32,000 nt of DNA from the NCBI GenBank assembly GCA_050251055.1, contig JBFWNL010000003.1:115105-147104 (forward strand). Reading direction: 5' to 3'. The position numbers were made by a program, and so were the translations under genes. Source of the stretch: Bacteriovoracia bacterium (lineage in GTDB: Bacteria > Bdellovibrionota > UBA1018 > JBFWNL01). A model generated the notes under the pieces. The model ran no database searches and was not told the origin of the DNA. It worked only from the letters and a program-made list of their open reading frames with translations. Each line of letters starts with the position of its first letter. The stretch's first letter is position 1. This document shows positions 1 to 9,450 of the stretch, piece after piece.

Positions 1-828
1 GTTGGTGACGATCACGTCCGCTTTCTTCACCGCCTCCATCATGCGTTTACGCGCTTGATCGCGTTGCAGCGCTTTCACGCGCGCTTTGATGAGGGGATCC
101 CCTTCGTGTTCTTTATGCTCTTCTTTCGCCTCTTGCTTCGTCAAGCGTACCGATTTCCCGAACTCCCACTTCTGTAGCCAGAAATCGCCGGCCGCGAAGA
201 TGATCAAGATCGCGGTAAGCACCAGGAAGATGACCTTGGTGCTCGAGTCGAAAGCCCCCAATATCGACGAAGGATCGTTCAAGATGTAACTCGACGCCTT
301 GCGGACATCGGGTTTGAGCAGCAGGTAGGCCACCCCGGCCACGACGATGGCCTTGAACAACATACGCACGGAGTCTAGCGCGTGCTTCATCGAAAACAGG
401 CGCTGCAGTCCCTTGAGCGGGTTGATTTTTTCCAGGTCCGGGGTCAGCGGCTCGGTGGAAAACACGTTTCCAACCTGAAAATAGCTCGCGGCGATGCCCA
501 CGATAAAGCCCACGATCGAGATCGGCAGACCGATACCCGCCAGAACCTTCATGGTCTTGCCCAAAAGCGCCCAAAGTGTTTCCTGCTTGCCTAAGTCCAG
601 GTGCGACATCGCGTCCACCCGGAAAACGTCCTGCATGAATTCAGAGAGTTGTTGGCCCATCGAAGGCGCCATGGCGTAGGCAGCCAGCCCCGTGGCGAGC
701 AGGCAGAACATCCCCGAAAGCTCCTTGCTCTGGGCGACGCGGCCTTGCTTCCGAAACTCCTCCAACCGGTAAGGCGACGCCTCGTCGGATAAGTCTTCGG
801 TTGATCGGTCTTCCTTCTCCTGCGCCAA
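1..828 (-). CDS. flhB: Flagellar biosynthesis protein FlhB (C-terminus off the left edge)
   Basis: Minus frame open to the window edge, N-terminus LAQEKEDRSTEDLSDEASPYRLEEFRKQGRVAQSKELSGMF..., typical of FlhB; immediately downstream of fliR. TTG start assigned by inspection; not in the supplied ORF track because it is edge-truncated. Confidence 0.9.
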   Translation of the reverse strand, partial: MAQEKEDRSTEDLSDEASPYRLEEFRKQGRVAQSKELSGMFCLLATGLAAYAMAPSMGQQLSEFMQDVFRVDAMSHLDLGKQETLWALLGKTMKVLAGIGLPISIVGFIVGIAASYFQVGNVFSTEPLTPDLEKINPLKGLQRLFSMKHALDSVRMLFKAIVVAGVAYLLLKPDVRKASSYILNDPSSILGAFDSSTKVIFLVLTAILIIFAAGDFWLQKWEFGKSVRLTKQEAKEEHKEHEGDPLIKARVKALQRDQARKRMMEAVKKADVIVTN

Positions 829-840
829 CTGACTTCCCTC

Positions 841-1647
841 TTATCTGCCCATGGACGCCATGACCGCGGTCATGTGCGTCCCGATATTCCCAAACATCGT
901 AGACGTAACGTCCTGAAACTCCGGCACGCTCAAGAGCATCACGAACAGCCCCACGAACGCGCTAATCGAAAAAGACAGTACGAGCACGTTGAGCTGCGGC
1001 ACCGCGCGCGCCATCACGCCGTAAAAAATGTTGATCCCAAAGAGTGCGACCGCCATCGGCGCTGCGATCTGAAGCCCCATGCGCAGGACTTCACCGCTGA
1101 AGTGGATCAGCTTGTCGGCGAAAATCGCGCCAAACTCCGCCTTGCCCATGCCCACCAACCGATAGCTATCGAGCGCGCTCCGTAGCATCAGGTGGTGGCC
1201 ATCCATCGCCAGGAAAATCAACATTGCGATGGTCGTTTGGATCTTGGCCACGACCTGGGTTTGCGTTTCCTGATGGGGGTCGAAGACGCTGGCGGATGCG
1301 AAACCCATGAAACTACCGGCGATGTCAGAACCGATCTGAATGGCATCGAAAACCATGCGGGCGGAGAACCCCACGACGGCGCCGAAGAGCGCCTCCTTGG
1401 CGATCACGCCCCCCAGGGTAGAGGCCTGCGCGGCCCAGATCGCGGCCTCGGCAGGGCGGACCTGGCCGCTGCTCACCAAGATCGGATACACGACCAGGGT
1501 AATCGCCACCGACAGAAGAATCTTGGCCGGAGCGGGCACCGACTTGTCCCCCAAAAAAGGCAAGGTCGCGATAATCACGCTAAAGCGCACGAGCACGGCG
1601 AAAAAGGTCATGATCTCGTTCTGGTCGAACTGCAGAAGCGAACTCAC
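841..1647 (-). CDS. fliR: Flagellar biosynthetic protein FliR
   Basis: 268 aa, multi-TM, FliR-like sequence (GKMGSAEFGAIFADKLIHFSGEVLRMGLQIAAPMAVALFGINIFYGVMARAVPQLNVLVLSF region); GTG start overlaps the fliQ stop; order P-Q-R-flhB. Confidence 0.95.
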   Translation of the reverse strand: MSSLLQFDQNEIMTFFAVLVRFSVIIATLPFLGDKSVPAPAKILLSVAITLVVYPILVSSGQVRPAEAAIWAAQASTLGGVIAKEALFGAVVGFSARMVFDAIQIGSDIAGSFMGFASASVFDPHQETQTQVVAKIQTTIAMLIFLAMDGHHLMLRSALDSYRLVGMGKAEFGAIFADKLIHFSGEVLRMGLQIAAPMAVALFGINIFYGVMARAVPQLNVLVLSFSISAFVGLFVMLLSVPEFQDVTSTMFGNIGTHMTAVMASMGR

Positions 1648-1913
1648 CTAATCCAGACCCCCGCGTTGCCAAACACCGTGATCGCGTACTCCTGCATGAC
1701 CTTGAGCATCCACGGCGCCATCACGGCCATGACGAGCACGACCGCGAATATTTTAGGAATGAAGGTCAGGGTGGATTCGTTGATTTGCGTGATGGCTTGC
1801 AGCACGCTGACGACGATACCGATGATCATGGCCGCGAGCAGTAGTGGACTCGCGAGCAAAAGCGTCGTCTTGATCGCTTCGGCTCCGATCGAAAGCACTA
1901 ATTCGTCCGTCAT
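1644..1913 (-). CDS. fliQ: Flagellar biosynthetic protein FliQ
   Basis: 89 aa, two-TM, LLASPLLLAAMIIGIVVSVLQAITQINESTLTFIPKI is characteristic of FliQ. Confidence 0.97.
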   Translation of the reverse strand: MTDELVLSIGAEAIKTTLLLASPLLLAAMIIGIVVSVLQAITQINESTLTFIPKIFAVVLVMAVMAPWMLKVMQEYAITVFGNAGVWIR

Positions 1914-1952
1914 TTGTCCCCCCGCGCGGACCGTCCGCGCTCATCTGCAAAT

Positions 1953-2753
1953 CTAACCGAAACTTTTCACCAGGCTGCCTACGACCAGCTCCCAGCCGTC
2001 CACGAGGACGAAAAGCAGAATCTTAAAAGGCAGCGAAATCATCATCGGCGGCAGCATCATCATCCCCATCGCCATCAGCACGCTGGCCACGACCATGTCG
2101 AGGACCAGGAACGGCAGGTAGAGCATGAAACCGATTTGAAAAGCCGTTTTCAGCTCGCTGATGATGAAGGCCGGAACCAAAATATATGTCGGCACGTCCG
2201 CGCGGGTTTGCGGCTTTTCGCTCTTAGTGAGCGACAGGAAAAGCTCAAGATCCTTTTCGCGGGTTTGACTGAACATGAACTCGCGAATCGGCACCTCGGC
2301 GCGCTCGAGCGCCGTCTTTTGCGGAATCTGCTCGTTCATATAGGGTTCGATGGCGCTGGCGTTGATTTGCTGGAAAGTCGGCGCCATCACGAAAAACGAA
2401 AGGAAAAGAGATAAGCCGATAATTAACTGGTTTGGCGGCATCTGCTGGGTTCCCAGCGATTGCCGTAGGAAGCTCAAAACTACCACGATGCGCGTGAACG
2501 AGGTCATCATGATCAGGATCGCGGGCGCCAGTGAAAGCACCGTGAGCATGATCACGATGCGCAAAACGGAAACCAGGTCCTGCGGTTTGTCCGATCCGCC
2601 GAAATTGAGCGATAGCGCCGGCACGGTCAGTCCCGAGGTGCCCGGGACGTACTTTTGGTTGTCCGCGTAGGCTGGCGCCGCCGTCACCGACGCCAGGGCA
2701 ATCCCCAGGACGGCACTAAAAGTCAAGATGGCGGAGACCAGCCGTTTGATCAT
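1953..2753 (-). CDS. fliP: Flagellar biosynthetic protein FliP
   Basis: 266 aa; motifs [44 protein letters not shown] and [33 protein letters not shown] are diagnostic of FliP. Confidence 0.98.
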   Translation of the reverse strand: MIKRLVSAILTFSAVLGIALASVTAAPAYADNQKYVPGTSGLTVPALSLNFGGSDKPQDLVSVLRIVIMLTVLSLAPAILIMMTSFTRIVVVLSFLRQSLGTQQMPPNQLIIGLSLFLSFFVMAPTFQQINASAIEPYMNEQIPQKTALERAEVPIREFMFSQTREKDLELFLSLTKSEKPQTRADVPTYILVPAFIISELKTAFQIGFMLYLPFLVLDMVVASVLMAMGMMMLPPMMISLPFKILLFVLVDGWELVVGSLVKSFG

Positions 2754-3943
2754 AGCGACTTCATCCCCTTGAGGCGGTCCCGGATACGGTCCCGGGCGTT
2801 GGCGCTCTTGGCCGCCGAGCTCAGCTTGACCGAGTCGGAAACGCGGTTCGTGGCCTGCGCCATCGCGGGATCGAGCACGGCATCGAAGCTAAGGGCCGGT
2901 CCCTTGGCGGCGGGAGCCGTCGCCGCTGGGCGACGATCCGTCGACTGAACCGGAGCGTGGGCCGAGGCGGGCGTCGCACGCGTGGTGGGCTCGAGCTCTT
3001 CGTCGAAATCCCCGACCGCTTCCGCCAATGCCGAAAGGTGCGAGATCAAATTGATCGAATCCTCGGTGATCCCTAGCACCATTTCCTTGCCGTTCACGCG
3101 AACCACCGCGATGCTCTTCTTTGGCCCCAGGTAATGCGTGGCCATCACCTCGATAGCGGCCTTACGAGCGGATTTGCCTTTTTGGAACATGCCCGTAAGG
3201 CGGCCTTGCAATGACCCGCGGCCTTTTAGCTTCCGCAGCAGGAGCACGGCGCCCCCAAACATCGCGAGGATCAATCCCAGCCAGGCGAACGCCCGGATCG
3301 GGCTAGGCAGGGGTTTGGCGCTCGTCAGCGGGAGCTTTTCCCCTTTGGAATCCGTCTTCAGATCTAGCTTCGCGGCCGACTTTCCATCCGCTTTGGCCGC
3401 GGGCTTAGGCGCGCCCAGAACTTTCTCTAGTAACGCCTTCTGCTCCTTATCGAGCGTGGGCGGGGAATCGTCGGCGGCGGTTTCAGCGGGTGCTTGGCGC
3501 GTGGCCTGCGCGGATGCGGTGGCGATGGCATCTTTTTTAGTGTCCTTCGGTCCCAGCTTCACGATGAGCTGCTTGCCATTGGCCTGCAGCTGCAGGCGAT
3601 TGCGGAACGCCTCGGCGCTCTCCTTCACGCTCAGGCGACACCGAACCAGCTTCGGCGTGTACTGATAGGTAAAAATCTTGGTGATCTCCCCGCTATCGAC
3701 GGCGAGGATCTTTGCTGGATAGACCGAAACGTCCTTCAGACTGAGCTGAATGATATCGCGCACGTATTCGATTCCTACCTGCGCCATCGAGATGGGCTGG
3801 TCGAACTGCAGCACGATCTGCTCGCCTTTTCCGGATTGAACCTGCTTTAACACCGTGGTGGCCGAGGCTTCGCTCGGTAGGCACGCGGCCGCGACGAGCC
3901 CCAACCCCGCGAGAAAAAAGCCGGACAACTTGCTTTGCATCAT
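2750..3943 (-). CDS. fliO: FliO-like flagellar biosynthesis protein with a large N-terminal periplasmic AMIN-like domain
   Basis: Overlaps fliP by 4 nt (ATGA) in the fliO position; C-terminal TM ([22 protein letters not shown]) followed by [28 protein letters not shown] typical of FliO. AAGGAAGG Shine-Dalgarno upstream of ATG at 3943 supports this start over the track start at 3973. Confidence 0.85.
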   Translation of the reverse strand: MMQSKLSGFFLAGLGLVAAACLPSEASATTVLKQVQSGKGEQIVLQFDQPISMAQVGIEYVRDIIQLSLKDVSVYPAKILAVDSGEITKIFTYQYTPKLVRCRLSVKESAEAFRNRLQLQANGKQLIVKLGPKDTKKDAIATASAQATRQAPAETAADDSPPTLDKEQKALLEKVLGAPKPAAKADGKSAAKLDLKTDSKGEKLPLTSAKPLPSPIRAFAWLGLILAMFGGAVLLLRKLKGRGSLQGRLTGMFQKGKSARKAAIEVMATHYLGPKKSIAVVRVNGKEMVLGITEDSINLISHLSALAEAVGDFDEELEPTTRATPASAHAPVQSTDRRPAATAPAAKGPALSFDAVLDPAMAQATNRVSDSVKLSSAAKSANARDRIRDRLKGMKSL

Positions 3944-4000
3944 AAAGCCTTCCTTGGCAAACTCCCGGGCCATCCTGGTCCGGGTTCAAAGCTTGAAACC

Positions 4001-4438
4001 TTACTTCAGCTGCTCGATCCGCTCGATCGGGGAGATGATATCCGTCAGACGAATCCCGAACTTCTCGTTTACGACCACGACTTCACCGCGAGCGACGAGC
4101 TTTTCGTTCACTAGAATTTCCAAGGGCTCGCCCGCGAGCTTCTGGAGCTCGATCACCGAACCTTGCCCTAACTCCAGGATCTCGCGGATGGACATTTTCG
4201 CCCGTCCTAGCTCCGCGGTGACCTTAAGGGGGATGTCGAGGATGAAGTCCAATGACTGCACCGGACCTGCCTTGGGGGCGCCGCCCGGTTTCCCGGCCCC
4301 GGCGGTCCCTTGAGCCGCGGCACCCGCCGCCGCCGCTTGGAGCAGCTGCTCCGCGCCGGCGCCTTCGATCGCGGCGGCCACATCGGTGGGCGCGCCTGGT
4401 TCCATTGGAGATGTGGTTGCTTCTTCACTCATAGTCAA
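4001..4438 (-). CDS. fliN: Flagellar motor switch protein FliN
   Basis: 145 aa; VQSLDFILDIPLKVTAELGRAKMSIREILELGQGSVIELQKLAGEPLEILVNEKLVARGEVVVVNEKFGIRLTDI is the SpoA/FliN core. Confidence 0.98.
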   Translation of the reverse strand: MTMSEEATTSPMEPGAPTDVAAAIEGAGAEQLLQAAAAGAAAQGTAGAGKPGGAPKAGPVQSLDFILDIPLKVTAELGRAKMSIREILELGQGSVIELQKLAGEPLEILVNEKLVARGEVVVVNEKFGIRLTDIISPIERIEQLK

Positions 4439-4456
4439 TTCCCTTCTTTAATCCGA

Positions 4457-5518
4457 CTAACCTTCTTCAATCAAACGCGTCACCTGGACCGCCCGGTTGC
4501 CGCGAGAAATTCCAAAAAAACACTTAAACTTGGCCACGCCTTCGACGTTCACCAGCAGCTCGGCGTCGCTGTCCTGATGCAAAGGGATGATGTCCCCTAC
4601 GTTCAGATTTACGAGGTCGCCTACCGTAATTTGCGTTTCGCCGAGATTGACGGCGAGGTTCGCGCTGGCGTTGCGAAGGTGCTCTTCCATCATCTCCGTC
4701 CACTCCTTGTCCACGCGATCGGACTCGGTTTGGAAAGAAGCGTTCAACTTGTTCTTGATCGGCTCGATCGTCGAGTACGGAATCACCAAGGCGATCGTGC
4801 CACTCGCGTTTTCGAGTTCGACTTCAAACGTGGTGGAGATGATGACGTCGGATGGGGGAACCACGCCCACGAACTGGGGGTTCACTTCCACGCGCAGGAA
4901 AGAGATATCCACCTTATGCACCGGCGCCCACGCCTCCTCCAGGTCATGGATCGCTAGTTCCATCACCTTATGGATGATGGACAGCTCGATGCGAGTGAAC
5001 TCCTTGCCTTCGATTTTGGTATAAGGACGATCCGTGCCGCCGAAGTAGCTGTCGACCAGCGCGTAGGCGAGCTTCGATTCAAACACGAGCAACGCCGGCC
5101 CCCGCAGGCTCTCGAAACGCATGATGCACATGCAGCTGGGGATGGGGAGCGTATTGACGAATTCGCCGAACTTCAAAAGGTCGGTAGAAATGATGCTGAT
5201 AGAAGCGATTTTTCGCAGCGAGTTCGAGAGCGACATCCGGAACAAGCGGATAAAACGCTCGTAAATAATATCGAGAGTCGGCATCCGGCCGCGAATAACG
5301 CGGTCCTGGTTGGTAAGGTCGTAAGGCGTAACCTCTGGGCCGTCGGCGATGGCTTCCACGCCACCCAGTGATCCGGCGCCCCCGCCGGCTCCGCCGGCGG
5401 CGCCCGCCGCGCCACCCGCACCGGCCGCGCCACCCCCGCCGCTGGCTACGTCCAGCGAGCCTTCGGAGACCGCGCTCAACAGAGCATCGACTTCAGCCTG
5501 GGTTAATACTTGATTCAT
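4457..5518 (-). CDS. fliM: Flagellar motor switch protein FliM
   Basis: 353 aa; N-terminal LTQAEVDALLSA motif, FliM core (IRGRMPTLDIIYERFIRLFRMSLSNSLRK), C-terminal SpoA-like region. Confidence 0.98.
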   Translation of the reverse strand: MNQVLTQAEVDALLSAVSEGSLDVASGGGGAAGAGGAAGAAGGAGGGAGSLGGVEAIADGPEVTPYDLTNQDRVIRGRMPTLDIIYERFIRLFRMSLSNSLRKIASISIISTDLLKFGEFVNTLPIPSCMCIMRFESLRGPALLVFESKLAYALVDSYFGGTDRPYTKIEGKEFTRIELSIIHKVMELAIHDLEEAWAPVHKVDISFLRVEVNPQFVGVVPPSDVIISTTFEVELENASGTIALVIPYSTIEPIKNKLNASFQTESDRVDKEWTEMMEEHLRNASANLAVNLGETQITVGDLVNLNVGDIIPLHQDSDAELLVNVEGVAKFKCFFGISRGNRAVQVTRLIEEG

Positions 5519-5561
5519 AATTCAGCCGTCCTAGCTTCCTTACGTTACTGACATTCCATTG

Positions 5562-6179
5562 CTAACTACTGAGGGCGAAGTTCGTGAAGAATACTCCCTT
5601 CACCTTTCCCGTCACCAAAAAACTATTTAATGCGTTGCGGATCTCTTCCTTGAGAAAGTCTCGTTGCTCGGGCGACGAGAGGTCGCCGGGCTTCTTGCTG
5701 TTGAACAGATCGATGATCGTATTGCGTACTTGCGGCATCTTCTGCGTGACTTCCGACTCCGTGTCGTCCGAAGGAACCTGCACGGAGATGCTCACGCGCA
5801 CGAACTTTGGATTCACGCTGCCGACGGTGGAGAGGTTGACCGTGAATTGCTCGAGCGTGACCATCTTGCCGAAATCTTGATCGCCGCCGGAATCATGGCC
5901 CTTGGCCGCTTCGCCATGACCATCTTTCGCGGCTTCGCCATGACCGCCGGCTTCGCCGTGGCCTCCCGCTTCGCCGTGGCCACCACCATGCTCATCTTCG
6001 GCGACGATGTCGTCGACCTTGGGATGGGAGTTTTCTTTTTTGAAAGAAATGAAAAGAACGCCGACCACGCCGATAGTGACGAGCAGATTCACCGCGGTCA
6101 AGATCAGTACGAGCTTATTGCCACCGCCGCCTTTACCGGCGTCGGCCGCTGCGGGTTCAGCTGCTTTTTCTTCCGACAT
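5562..6179 (-). CDS. fliL: Flagellar basal body-associated protein FliL
   Basis: 205 aa; single TM (LVLILTAVNLLVTIGVVGVLFI), FliL domain (VTLEQFTVNLSTVGSVNPKFVRVSISVQV), located before fliM. Confidence 0.93.
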   Translation of the reverse strand: MSEEKAAEPAAADAGKGGGGNKLVLILTAVNLLVTIGVVGVLFISFKKENSHPKVDDIVAEDEHGGGHGEAGGHGEAGGHGEAAKDGHGEAAKGHDSGGDQDFGKMVTLEQFTVNLSTVGSVNPKFVRVSISVQVPSDDTESEVTQKMPQVRNTIIDLFNSKKPGDLSSPEQRDFLKEEIRNALNSFLVTGKVKGVFFTNFALSS

Positions 6180-6259
6180 GGGTTGAGCTACCCCTCCCTA
6201 TCCACTTATTTTGCAATGAGTTGCACAAGCGAACAAGTCGGCAATATTTGCAGGCCGTG

Positions 6260-6289
6260 AATATAGGGGGGCGTTCGAGCCGCCGTCAA
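6260..6289 (-). promoter_or_regulatory. Candidate sigma-70 promoter for fliLMNOPQR-flhB
   Basis: Minus strand TTGACG (6284-6289) - 18 nt - TATATT (6260-6265), about 80 nt upstream of the fliL start. Confidence 0.5.
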
Positions 6290-6320
6290 GGAATTGGCAG
6301 ACCCCGACTTTTTGGGGGGG

Positions 6321-6349
6321 CGGCTCCGGAGCACGAGCCTCCGGAGCCG
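6321..6349. repeat. Inverted repeat between flgE and fliL
   Basis: CGGCTCCGGAG (6321-6331) - cacgagc - CTCCGGAGCCG (6339-6349), perfect 11-bp arms. Confidence 0.8.
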
Positions 6350-6368
6350 TGAACTACGTCAAATAACT

Positions 6369-6399
6369 GCCGGTGCCGAGGCTAATCCCCGACACCGGC
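6369..6399. repeat. Inverted repeat just downstream of flgE
   Basis: GCCGGTG (6369-6375) / CACCGGC (6393-6399); could be a weak terminator for flgE. Confidence 0.5.
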
Positions 6400-6405
6400 C
6401 TAAAA

Positions 6406-7686
6406 TTACGTACGCTTCAAGTTGATCACTTCCTGCATCATCTCGTCCGCCACGCTCACCACGCGGGTGTTGGCTTGGAAGTTACGCTGAGCGTTCATCA
6501 GGTTGATGAACTCATCGGCGATATCCGTCGTGGAAGACTCGATGGTCTTGGCCGAGATCCGACCGCGGCCGCCCTGCGACGGAGCGCCGATTGTAGGCTG
6601 TCCCGACAAGCGGCTTTCGCGGTATCGGTTTTGACCGCTCTTGAACAGGCCTTCCGGATTCTCGAACTTGGCCAAAGCGAGCTGCGCCAAGTTGATGTTT
6701 TCCCCGTTGGTGTAGATCGCGACCAACATGCCGTCGTCGTTGATCGAAAGGCCCGCCAGGGTGCCCGCCGTATAGCCGTCTTGCATGGTCTTGTAGGCTT
6801 CCGATTCCGTACCATACTGGGTGACCTGGAGACCATCTCCGCCTTCTTTTCTCGACTTTCCGAAATTGAAGCGAATCTCCTGATCGGGCTGCGAGCCGAT
6901 GAAGTTAAACGCCGACTTATCCGTCTGGTTCTCCTCCAAGCGGCCATCAGAGCCGAAGATCAACTTCCCAGCCGCCTGCTCCACGAGCTGACCGCGTTCG
7001 CCGCCGGTGATATCCTCACCCTTGGCCATGATGCGCCACTGCCATTGGCCTTCATCGACCTTGTTGAAATAGGCGGTCACGGTATGCGCCGTACCGGCCG
7101 TGTCGTAAACCGTCATGCCCGTCGCGAAGTGCGCCGTTTTCTCCGGCATCTTCGGATCGAACTGCAGGTTTTTATCGGCCTTGAGATTGAGGTTGGCGTA
7201 GAGGTTCACTTCCGAAGTCTTCTTCGCGTCGACGACGGTTCGGCCGGCGGCGATGGAGCCCATCTTGGAAGTGATCTTGCCTTGGTCGTCCGCCTGGAAA
7301 CCCATCACGCGGTAACCGTCGGCGTTGATCAGCGCCCCTTCCTTATCGAAGTGGAAGGATCCGTTACGCGTGAAGCTGCGTCCGTCGACGCCGTCCACGA
7401 CGAAGAATCCGTCGCCGGTGATGGCCAAGTCGGTAGCCGATTCGGTCTGCACCAGGGAGCCTTGCGAGAAGATGGGGTTCACCGCCGCGAGCTTCACGCC
7501 GCGGCCGATTTGGTTACCGCCCAAGATCCCCTTGAGGGACTTCGCGACCACATCCTGAAACTCGGGTCGGGAGGTCTTAAAGCCTACGGTGTTAGCGTTG
7601 GCGATGTTGTCGCCGTAGATCGAGAGGGCTTCACCTTGGCCTTTTAAGCCGGTGACGCCAGTATACATAGATGAAAGAATACCCAT
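6406..7686 (-). CDS. flgE: Flagellar hook protein FlgE
   Basis: 426 aa; MGILSSMYTGVTGLKGQGEALSIYGDNIANANTVGFK N-terminus and EFINLMNAQRNFQANTRVVSVADEMMQEVINLKR C-terminus. Confidence 0.97.
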   Translation of the reverse strand: MGILSSMYTGVTGLKGQGEALSIYGDNIANANTVGFKTSRPEFQDVVAKSLKGILGGNQIGRGVKLAAVNPIFSQGSLVQTESATDLAITGDGFFVVDGVDGRSFTRNGSFHFDKEGALINADGYRVMGFQADDQGKITSKMGSIAAGRTVVDAKKTSEVNLYANLNLKADKNLQFDPKMPEKTAHFATGMTVYDTAGTAHTVTAYFNKVDEGQWQWRIMAKGEDITGGERGQLVEQAAGKLIFGSDGRLEENQTDKSAFNFIGSQPDQEIRFNFGKSRKEGGDGLQVTQYGTESEAYKTMQDGYTAGTLAGLSINDDGMLVAIYTNGENINLAQLALAKFENPEGLFKSGQNRYRESRLSGQPTIGAPSQGGRGRISAKTIESSTTDIADEFINLMNAQRNFQANTRVVSVADEMMQEVINLKRT

Positions 7687-7842
7687 ATGGGACGCCTCCT
7701 TGCGTCGTTATTGGTTAAACGAACCCGCCGATCAGTCAGTCACGGCGAGCTAGGCTTCCCGTCTGGGTCCAGCCTAGATACTTCCTGCTATTTACCTACC
7801 GTGGCGCCATCCTGGCGTCCCGGCTTGCCATCTACGAAACAT

Positions 7843-8277
7843 TCAAACAATGACCGCGCCGTCAATGTTCGTGAAAACATTGCCGTTCAATGAATTTTTA
7901 TCCATTGCGGTCACTACCGTGCGATTCGGGACATTCACGATAAATGCCGCGTCGGACGTGATCACTAACGTATCATCGATTCCCTTCGCGGCGGCCTTAT
8001 CGATCGCGCCATTGATCTTCTCCATCAAAGCCGGATCCATCGAAATCTTTCGATCGTTCAAGCGTTGATTCGCGTGCGCTGAAAACTTCAACGGCTCGCG
8101 AATCTTGGAAAGATCTTTCGCCGCGTCTTTGCCGATCTCGTTGCGGAAAACGGCATCGAATTCTCCCGGAACCGCTTTCTCCGTCTTGCCGCCGATTCTT
8201 TGTCCACGCTCGGCTTCTACGCGACCGGTTTGACTATTAAGCGAAGTTACGTTCGGGTATAAAATGGGACCGCTCAT
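7843..8277 (-). CDS. TIGR02530-type flagellar operon protein
   Basis: 144 aa; LKFSAHANQRLNDRKISMDPALMEKINGAIDKAAAKGIDDTLVITSDAAFIVNVPNRTVVTAMD matches the small protein typically between flgD and flgE. Confidence 0.88.
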   Translation of the reverse strand: MSGPILYPNVTSLNSQTGRVEAERGQRIGGKTEKAVPGEFDAVFRNEIGKDAAKDLSKIREPLKFSAHANQRLNDRKISMDPALMEKINGAIDKAAAKGIDDTLVITSDAAFIVNVPNRTVVTAMDKNSLNGNVFTNIDGAVIV

Positions 8278-8280
8278 GCT

Positions 8281-9450
8281 CTATTCACCTCCTTCCTTGC
8301 TACTTTTATTGTAAACCGACATTCCATTTGGAAAACCTTTTTCTTCGCCCGCGCCTTGCTCATCCGCGGCAGCTTCTGCCGATTTTGCGGCGGCCTGCTG
8401 GGCTTGGTAACTCGCCAAGGCTTTCGCCGCGTCGGCCGGCAACTGCTTGGCCGAAACCGTCTCCGAACCCACGCCCGGTTCGAACTTGATGAAGTTGCCT
8501 CCGCCGGACTTCACGGGCGTGAACGGATTGGCCGGGGCCGCGGCCGTTCCTTCAGCCCCCTCGGCGGTCGCCGGAGTCGGCGCGGCGCCCATACCCATCT
8601 TCGCGGCGAGCCCCGGGGGCAACGCGACATCGCCCGCGTCTTCGATCTGGGTCACGTTCTCGAGCTTCACTTTCACGTTGGAATTCGCATCGCCGACGAT
8701 AAACACGGGATCCTCGCCCTGCAGGGCCACGCCAATGATTTTCGAACGGGAAAGGGCGTTGGTCGCGAGCGGCTTGTCGTCCTTGCCCACCGCTTCTACC
8801 CGGATAAGATAATCGCCGCTTTCGGCCTCGATCGTATTGGCTTTCTTCCCGTCCCAGACAAAGCTTTGCGCGCCCGCGGCTTTCGGTCCTAAACTTTTTT
8901 CCATGACGACTTCGCCCGCTTGGGAAACCAGCGCGAGTTTTACCTCTTTGGCGTCGGCCGGCAGGTTGAAGTTCACGGTTTGATTGTCGCCTTTGGTGTG
9001 CGGGAAGCGGTTTTGGTCGATCACGACCGTCTTTCCGATCAGGTTTGTCATGGTCAAGCGCTCGAGCGGCTTATGCTGGTTGCCGAGCTTCTTCAAGGCC
9101 TGACTGACATTGGACATCTGTTCGAGCTGGGCGATCTGCGCGATTTCTTGGCCCAGTTTTTCAGTGTCGAAAGGTTTGGTCGGATCCTGGTGCTTCATCT
9201 GCGAAATCATGATCCGCATGAAATCGTCTTTATCGAGGGATTTCTTGATTTGGCGTGGCTTTTCCGGCTTGGCGCCCATATCCGACTGGATGCGATTCCA
9301 AACGTCGGCAAAGCTCTGCTTACCGCCTTCGCCCGGCTTACCGGCGCCACCCGTTTTGGGCGTGGCCGCGGGCTTGCGCAGCTCCGGCTCGGCTCCCCCC
9401 ACGTTCACGGGCGGCGGGGCATTGAAGGTTTGTCCACGAATCGGGTCCAT
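8281..9450 (-). CDS. flgD: Flagellar hook assembly/capping protein FlgD
   Basis: 389 aa; LDKDDFMRIMISQMKHQDPTKPFDTEKLGQEIAQIAQLEQMSNVSQALKKL followed by FlgD Ig/TUDOR-like region. Confidence 0.95.
   Translation of the reverse strand: MDPIRGQTFNAPPPVNVGGAEPELRKPAATPKTGGAGKPGEGGKQSFADVWNRIQSDMGAKPEKPRQIKKSLDKDDFMRIMISQMKHQDPTKPFDTEKLGQEIAQIAQLEQMSNVSQALKKLGNQHKPLERLTMTNLIGKTVVIDQNRFPHTKGDNQTVNFNLPADAKEVKLALVSQAGEVVMEKSLGPKAAGAQSFVWDGKKANTIEAESGDYLIRVEAVGKDDKPLATNALSRSKIIGVALQGEDPVFIVGDANSNVKVKLENVTQIEDAGDVALPPGLAAKMGMGAAPTPATAEGAEGTAAAPANPFTPVKSGGGNFIKFEPGVGSETVSAKQLPADAAKALASYQAQQAAAKSAEAAADEQGAGEEKGFPNGMSVYNKSSKEGGE

Noticed and set aside
4310-4957. 215-aa plus-strand ORF across fliN/fliM
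   Set aside because: Antisense to two well-supported motor switch genes; no family resemblance.
6373-7647. 424-aa plus-strand ORF antisense to flgE
   Set aside because: Mirror ORF in high-GC DNA; the opposite strand encodes an unmistakable FlgE and the antisense protein has no recognisable motifs.
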